Below are positions 60,464-64,000 of a stretch of 64,000 bases of DNA, piece by piece. Numbering within the stretch: position 1 is the first letter of the stretch; every line of letters starts with the position of its first letter. This DNA is from Candidatus Hydrogenedentales bacterium (GTDB lineage Bacteria; Hydrogenedentota; Hydrogenedentia; Hydrogenedentales; SLHB01): contig JBMNGZ010000005.1 of NCBI GenBank assembly GCA_050950105.1, positions 684,168 through 748,167 on the forward strand, read 5' to 3'. The position numbers and the translations under genes were made by a program. Below the pieces are notes generated by a model. It did not search any database. It was not told the origin of the DNA and worked only from the letters and a program-made list of their open reading frames with translations.

Positions 60464-61648
60464 TTATTCTTCCACGAGGGTTTTACTGGGGTCAGTCCGT
60501 ATCAGCTGGATCATGGGCAAGAGCATGGCCGCCAGCGCGACCGCGACGCTCAAAAGGGCCACGGAGGGCAGGTCTCCCCACAGGATGCGCACCGTGCGGG
60601 TCTGCGTTACGAGAAATGTGGCCGTCATGTGCACCGCGAGTTCCGAGCCGATGAGGAAGCCCGTAACGGCCGCAGCCGCAGCCAAGGCGCAAATTTTGAC
60701 GAGATACAGGCCCACAATGTAGGGCAGGCCGGCTCCCATAGCCACCAGGATACCCACTTCGCGCCGCCGTTCGGTGACTTCCTGCATACCCGCGATGGCG
60801 ATGATGAGGACGGTGGCGCCCAGGACGATGCCGAGCACGTAATACAGGGTTTTAGACGTGGTCTCGCGAGCGAGGTAGCGCCCTCGCGCGATGGGCATGA
60901 TCGAGATGTGCTTGAACCCCGGCAGGGCTTCGGCGAGCATTTCTGCGTGAAGATCTTCGATTTCCTGCAACGGGCCGCCGTGATGCAGGCATTGGAACGC
61001 CCAGATGGCATTAATCTGCCCTTCCCGGCCCGAGAGCCTCTGCAATTCGTTCAAGGCAAGGTAGATGCGGTAATCTCGCTCGGTTCCCTGAGCCTGCAGG
61101 ATTTTTTCGACCCGAAAAGACTCTCCCATCAGTTCCAGTGCCGCGCCTTCCTGAAGTCCCAGCGCTTGCGCGGCCGCATGGCCCAGCCGCACCGTCCCGG
61201 GCGCTACGGGCTGCATCATGTTGCCTTTCTCACTGGTCTCATCGGTTCGTTCCACCGGTTGGATTCCCGTGAGCAGCAGATCGCTGTCGTTGAGGTTCCA
61301 ACGCTGTTGCAGCACGGATACATAGTATCGTGAAAACAGCTCGAGGCGCCCCGCCAGATTGCGCGTGGTTTCGTCGTCGAAGAGCGGCTGATTATCCGTG
61401 CACAGGAACGTGTCAAGCGGATTGGTCGTTTCGGGCAGAATGAACATGTTGTGTCCCATGTTCTTCATTACCAGCTGCATGGCGCGGTTTGTGAAGCGAT
61501 TGGTGTTGAGCAGATACACGTACAGCGTCACGAGAACCGTCATAGCGAGAAAAAGGAGCAGCGTAAACATCCAACGGTAACGCGCCTGACTGAGAATTAT
61601 CTTGAAAAACACGGTATTTTTGCCCCCGCGCTTGCCCAGCCGCCACAC
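60464..61648 (-). CDS. ABC transporter permease with FtsX/MacB-type domain
   Basis: N-terminal TM, large periplasmic domain, and a C-terminal 3-TM FtsX-like block (ILGIVLGATVLIIAIAGMQEVTERRREVGILVAMGAG). Adjacent to and co-oriented with the ATPase. Confidence 0.7.
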   Translation of the reverse strand: MWRLGKRGGKNTVFFKIILSQARYRWMFTLLLFLAMTVLVTLYVYLLNTNRFTNRAMQLVMKNMGHNMFILPETTNPLDTFLCTDNQPLFDDETTRNLAGRLELFSRYYVSVLQQRWNLNDSDLLLTGIQPVERTDETSEKGNMMQPVAPGTVRLGHAAAQALGLQEGAALELMGESFRVEKILQAQGTERDYRIYLALNELQRLSGREGQINAIWAFQCLHHGGPLQEIEDLHAEMLAEALPGFKHISIMPIARGRYLARETTSKTLYYVLGIVLGATVLIIAIAGMQEVTERRREVGILVAMGAGLPYIVGLYLVKICALAAAAAVTGFLIGSELAVHMTATFLVTQTRTVRILWGDLPSVALLSVAVALAAMLLPMIQLIRTDPSKTLVEE

Positions 61649-61688
61649 CGCGTACTTTTTCGCGGTGTGGCGGCGGCATCATTGGCGT

Positions 61689-62606
61689 TTAGTTGAACTC
61701 GCGGTCGTAGCGGCCCATGATCCGCGGTCCGTCAACCGTGATCATCCAGGGCGTATCTCCCGGGTATTTCGAGAAGGTGACATGGCCGTCCATGTACAGC
61801 ACATTGACACCAGACGGCACGTGCGTCGAGCCTTTGATCTGCGGCGTGAGGTGATCCCACATGACCGGCACGACGCTTTGTGAATTTGCCGACGAGGCCG
61901 GATTATTGATGTCGGTGATCATGAAGCGTTCGACGCCTTCGCGCAGCCGGTACAGAATGCTGCCGCCGCCGGCCTGGGTGCCGGGGAACGTAGACGTGTA
62001 ATTGTAGTCTTCATCAGACGCGACGCCCTCGGAGGCTGCGCTTGCCGCGCCCAATTCGCCCAACGGTGTATCGAGGTAGTCGGTCCCTTCGTAGCGTCCC
62101 CCGACGCCGCTGCCGGGAATGCCCGCCTTGTCAAAACCCAAAAAGTTTACGGCGTCCATGTAAAGCCACCCGGTGTAATTGAAGGGCGATTTGACCAGCT
62201 CTTCCGGCTGAATGATGCCGTCTTGGTTACCCGAACCGCGGGCGCCTCGGTCGTAGCGCTCCATGGGGGAGGTGCTTGCCATAGACGGGCACCAGACCAC
62301 CGTAAGGTCAGAAATGTATTCGGGATACATCGACGGACCATTAAAGATCATGGTGTCGGAAAGCTCACCCTGAATGTTGCGAATCATCCGCGGCGGCCAT
62401 TTTTCGCCCGGGGATTCGTTCGCGTACATTTTGAAGGACAGCCCTATTTGTTTGAGGTTATTGGCACACGCGGCGCGGCGAGCGGCCTCGCGGGCGCGTG
62501 CGAGTGCGGGCAACAGAATTGCAGCGAGGATACCGATAATTGCGATAACCACGAGCAGTTCAATCAATGTAAAACCTCTTTGCCTGGTGATATGTTTCTC
62601 CATCAT
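61689..62606 (-). CDS. Prepilin-type N-terminal cleavage/methylation (DUF1559) protein
   Basis: [54 protein letters not shown] plus C-terminal ...[10 protein letters not shown]... are the DUF1559 hallmarks. Confidence 0.8.
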   Translation of the reverse strand: MMEKHITRQRGFTLIELLVVIAIIGILAAILLPALARAREAARRAACANNLKQIGLSFKMYANESPGEKWPPRMIRNIQGELSDTMIFNGPSMYPEYISDLTVVWCPSMASTSPMERYDRGARGSGNQDGIIQPEELVKSPFNYTGWLYMDAVNFLGFDKAGIPGSGVGGRYEGTDYLDTPLGELGAASAASEGVASDEDYNYTSTFPGTQAGGGSILYRLREGVERFMITDINNPASSANSQSVVPVMWDHLTPQIKGSTHVPSGVNVLYMDGHVTFSKYPGDTPWMITVDGPRIMGRYDREFN

Positions 62607-62816
62607 TTGGATCCTCCGCGCGAAACCTATGTCGACGAGTCGTTGCGCCGTGAGTATCCCGCGCCATTGAACTCAAGAAACTTTCTGAATTATACGGGGC
62701 TGGAAAAAAAATGACAAATTAAAACCTGCACGCAAATTGAGCGCAAGTCACTCCCGTCGCGTTCTCGCGGCGGCGCCAATTACTGCTCAGCGAACGGCAA
62801 TGACCGGCAGGGCGGA

Positions 62817-63980
62817 TCACAACTTGATGATAATGCCGTCATTATAAAGTTTTCGGGCCGCCAGGTAACAAAAGGCGTACATGGCCACAAACCCGAGAAG
62901 AGCGGGCAGCACGCCACTGCTCTCCGGGATGTATGCCCCGTGAATTTCCATCAGCGAATACTGGAGCAGGTAGATGAACAGGGCGTTATGGCCGAGGATG
63001 GTCAGCGTGGGAAATTGAAATTCGCGGACCTGGCAGACGTAGTAAAAAAACGCAAAGGCCAAGAAGCACAGCCCCGTTGATAGGAGCATGGCCGGGGCGA
63101 TGCACCAGCGTTTGGACAGCGACCAGAATGCGCCGTAGTTGCTGCCGTAACCGGCCCAGTCCCTCGGGATCAGATACCAGGCCACCCAGCCGGCCAGGAT
63201 GAGCCCGATACCGCCGAGGATGGACCAGAGAAGCGCCCGGTTCGCGTCGCTTTCTGAGAGGAGATCATAGGCGAGCGTGCCGAAGAGAAGCACAAAGGCC
63301 CAGCTCAGCGGACCCAGCGGCCCGCCATTCATGCTGCGCATCATAAAAGTAGGCCCGTAGCTGGTGCCCATATAGAGCAACATGAACAGCGCGAGATACC
63401 CGACCGCCGCAGCTATCCGCACGCCGGCGTTCTTGTCGATAAATGGCAGGGAGAGTAGGCCTGCCAGAGCGATGTGGGTCAGCGCGTCCCACCAGTCTAT
63501 GCGCGCGTCCGGCCCGTAAAAGGCGAGCGCCACCACGAAGAGGACGAGGTAGCGGCGGGCCGTTTGCCATCGGGCGGCCCCAAGGCCGACTTTCTGAATC
63601 CGGCGCAGGAGCGAGAGGCGGAATCCCATGCCCACGACGAAGACGAACAGCGGCGCGATGGTGTCGGCATAACTGAAACCGGTCTTGTGATGCCGGAACG
63701 TCCAGGGCATGGAATCAAAATGTCCGAGATAATTGACGAGGATCATGCCGAAAATGGCATACCCTCGGAGCTGATCGAGCATGGGAAGCCGTCTGGCGGG
63801 TGAGCGGGCGCCGGACGGATTTTGCGCCGTCTGTGATGCTGCGGCGGGAACCGGCACGGTGTTCAACGGGGTAGCCGTGATGCTCTGGCCGCAGGAGGCA
63901 CAGGCCGTCGCTGCGCCCATCGATGAGGCGGGGATGCGTGTCTTATGGCCGCATGTGCACAGTAGCATGAGGTATTCCAT
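62817..63980 (-). CDS. DUF1624 / HGSNAT-like membrane acyltransferase-family protein with N-terminal zinc-ribbon
   Basis: CTCGHKTRIP...CASCGQ (Cys4). LDQLRGYAIFGMILVNY, then ~9 TM helices. Confidence 0.55.
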   Translation of the reverse strand: MEYLMLLCTCGHKTRIPASSMGAATACASCGQSITATPLNTVPVPAAASQTAQNPSGARSPARRLPMLDQLRGYAIFGMILVNYLGHFDSMPWTFRHHKTGFSYADTIAPLFVFVVGMGFRLSLLRRIQKVGLGAARWQTARRYLVLFVVALAFYGPDARIDWWDALTHIALAGLLSLPFIDKNAGVRIAAAVGYLALFMLLYMGTSYGPTFMMRSMNGGPLGPLSWAFVLLFGTLAYDLLSESDANRALLWSILGGIGLILAGWVAWYLIPRDWAGYGSNYGAFWSLSKRWCIAPAMLLSTGLCFLAFAFFYYVCQVREFQFPTLTILGHNALFIYLLQYSLMEIHGAYIPESSGVLPALLGFVAMYAFCYLAARKLYNDGIIIKL

Positions 63981-64000
63981 TACTTGATCTCCCAGAAGAT

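Overview
GC-rich (~62-65%) bacterial chromosomal segment. The gene content suggests a PVC-superphylum-like polysaccharide degrader: DUF1559 prepilin-like, DUF1573, PEP-CTERM, FG-GAP, GH95, DUF4091, heparinase II/III-like lyase, a WbsX-like protein and other secreted carbohydrate-active proteins. Housekeeping blocks present are ppk1 (partial), a leuB-like dehydrogenase, ugd, uppP, a znuABC-type metal ABC operon, recG, smg-topA-xerC-hslV, rfbF-rfbG plus an epimerase and a GT4 glycosyltransferase, a LolD/FtsX-like ABC pair, and tRNA-Pro(UGG). Four structures stand out. (1) Two loci (3.57-3.99 kb and 43.3-45.0 kb) carry degenerate IS30-family insertion-sequence shells: terminal inverted repeats beginning CATTC, a ~40-codon transposase C-terminal remnant, and at locus 2 also a transposase N-terminal fragment. 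In both, the transposase interior is replaced at the identical junction by arrays of GTAG-initiated GC-rich palindromic REP-like units. Locus 2 also contains a 590-bp tandem duplication and lies next to tRNA-Pro. (2) A 54-bp hairpin minisatellite (~3.7 copies) lies upstream of the tRNA. (3) A decayed tandem array of PEP-CTERM gene cassettes: one intact gene, a 3' pseudogene fragment, and a twice-conserved module of a ~40-codon small ORF plus a strong bidirectional terminator. (4) A ribbon-helix-helix regulator with a Cys/His-rich tail is translationally coupled to the znuABC-type operon, a non-Fur architecture. Separately, more than 15 frame disruptions are confined to three blocks (0-2 kb, 21-28.4 kb, 42-48.4 kb), whereas ~40 kb of other coding sequence, including ORFs of 1,172, 1,519 and 771 codons, is intact. 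recG alone has at least 6-7 frameshifts. This pattern suggests local indel error (homopolymers) or localized gene decay, and frames should be checked against reads before calling pseudogenes.
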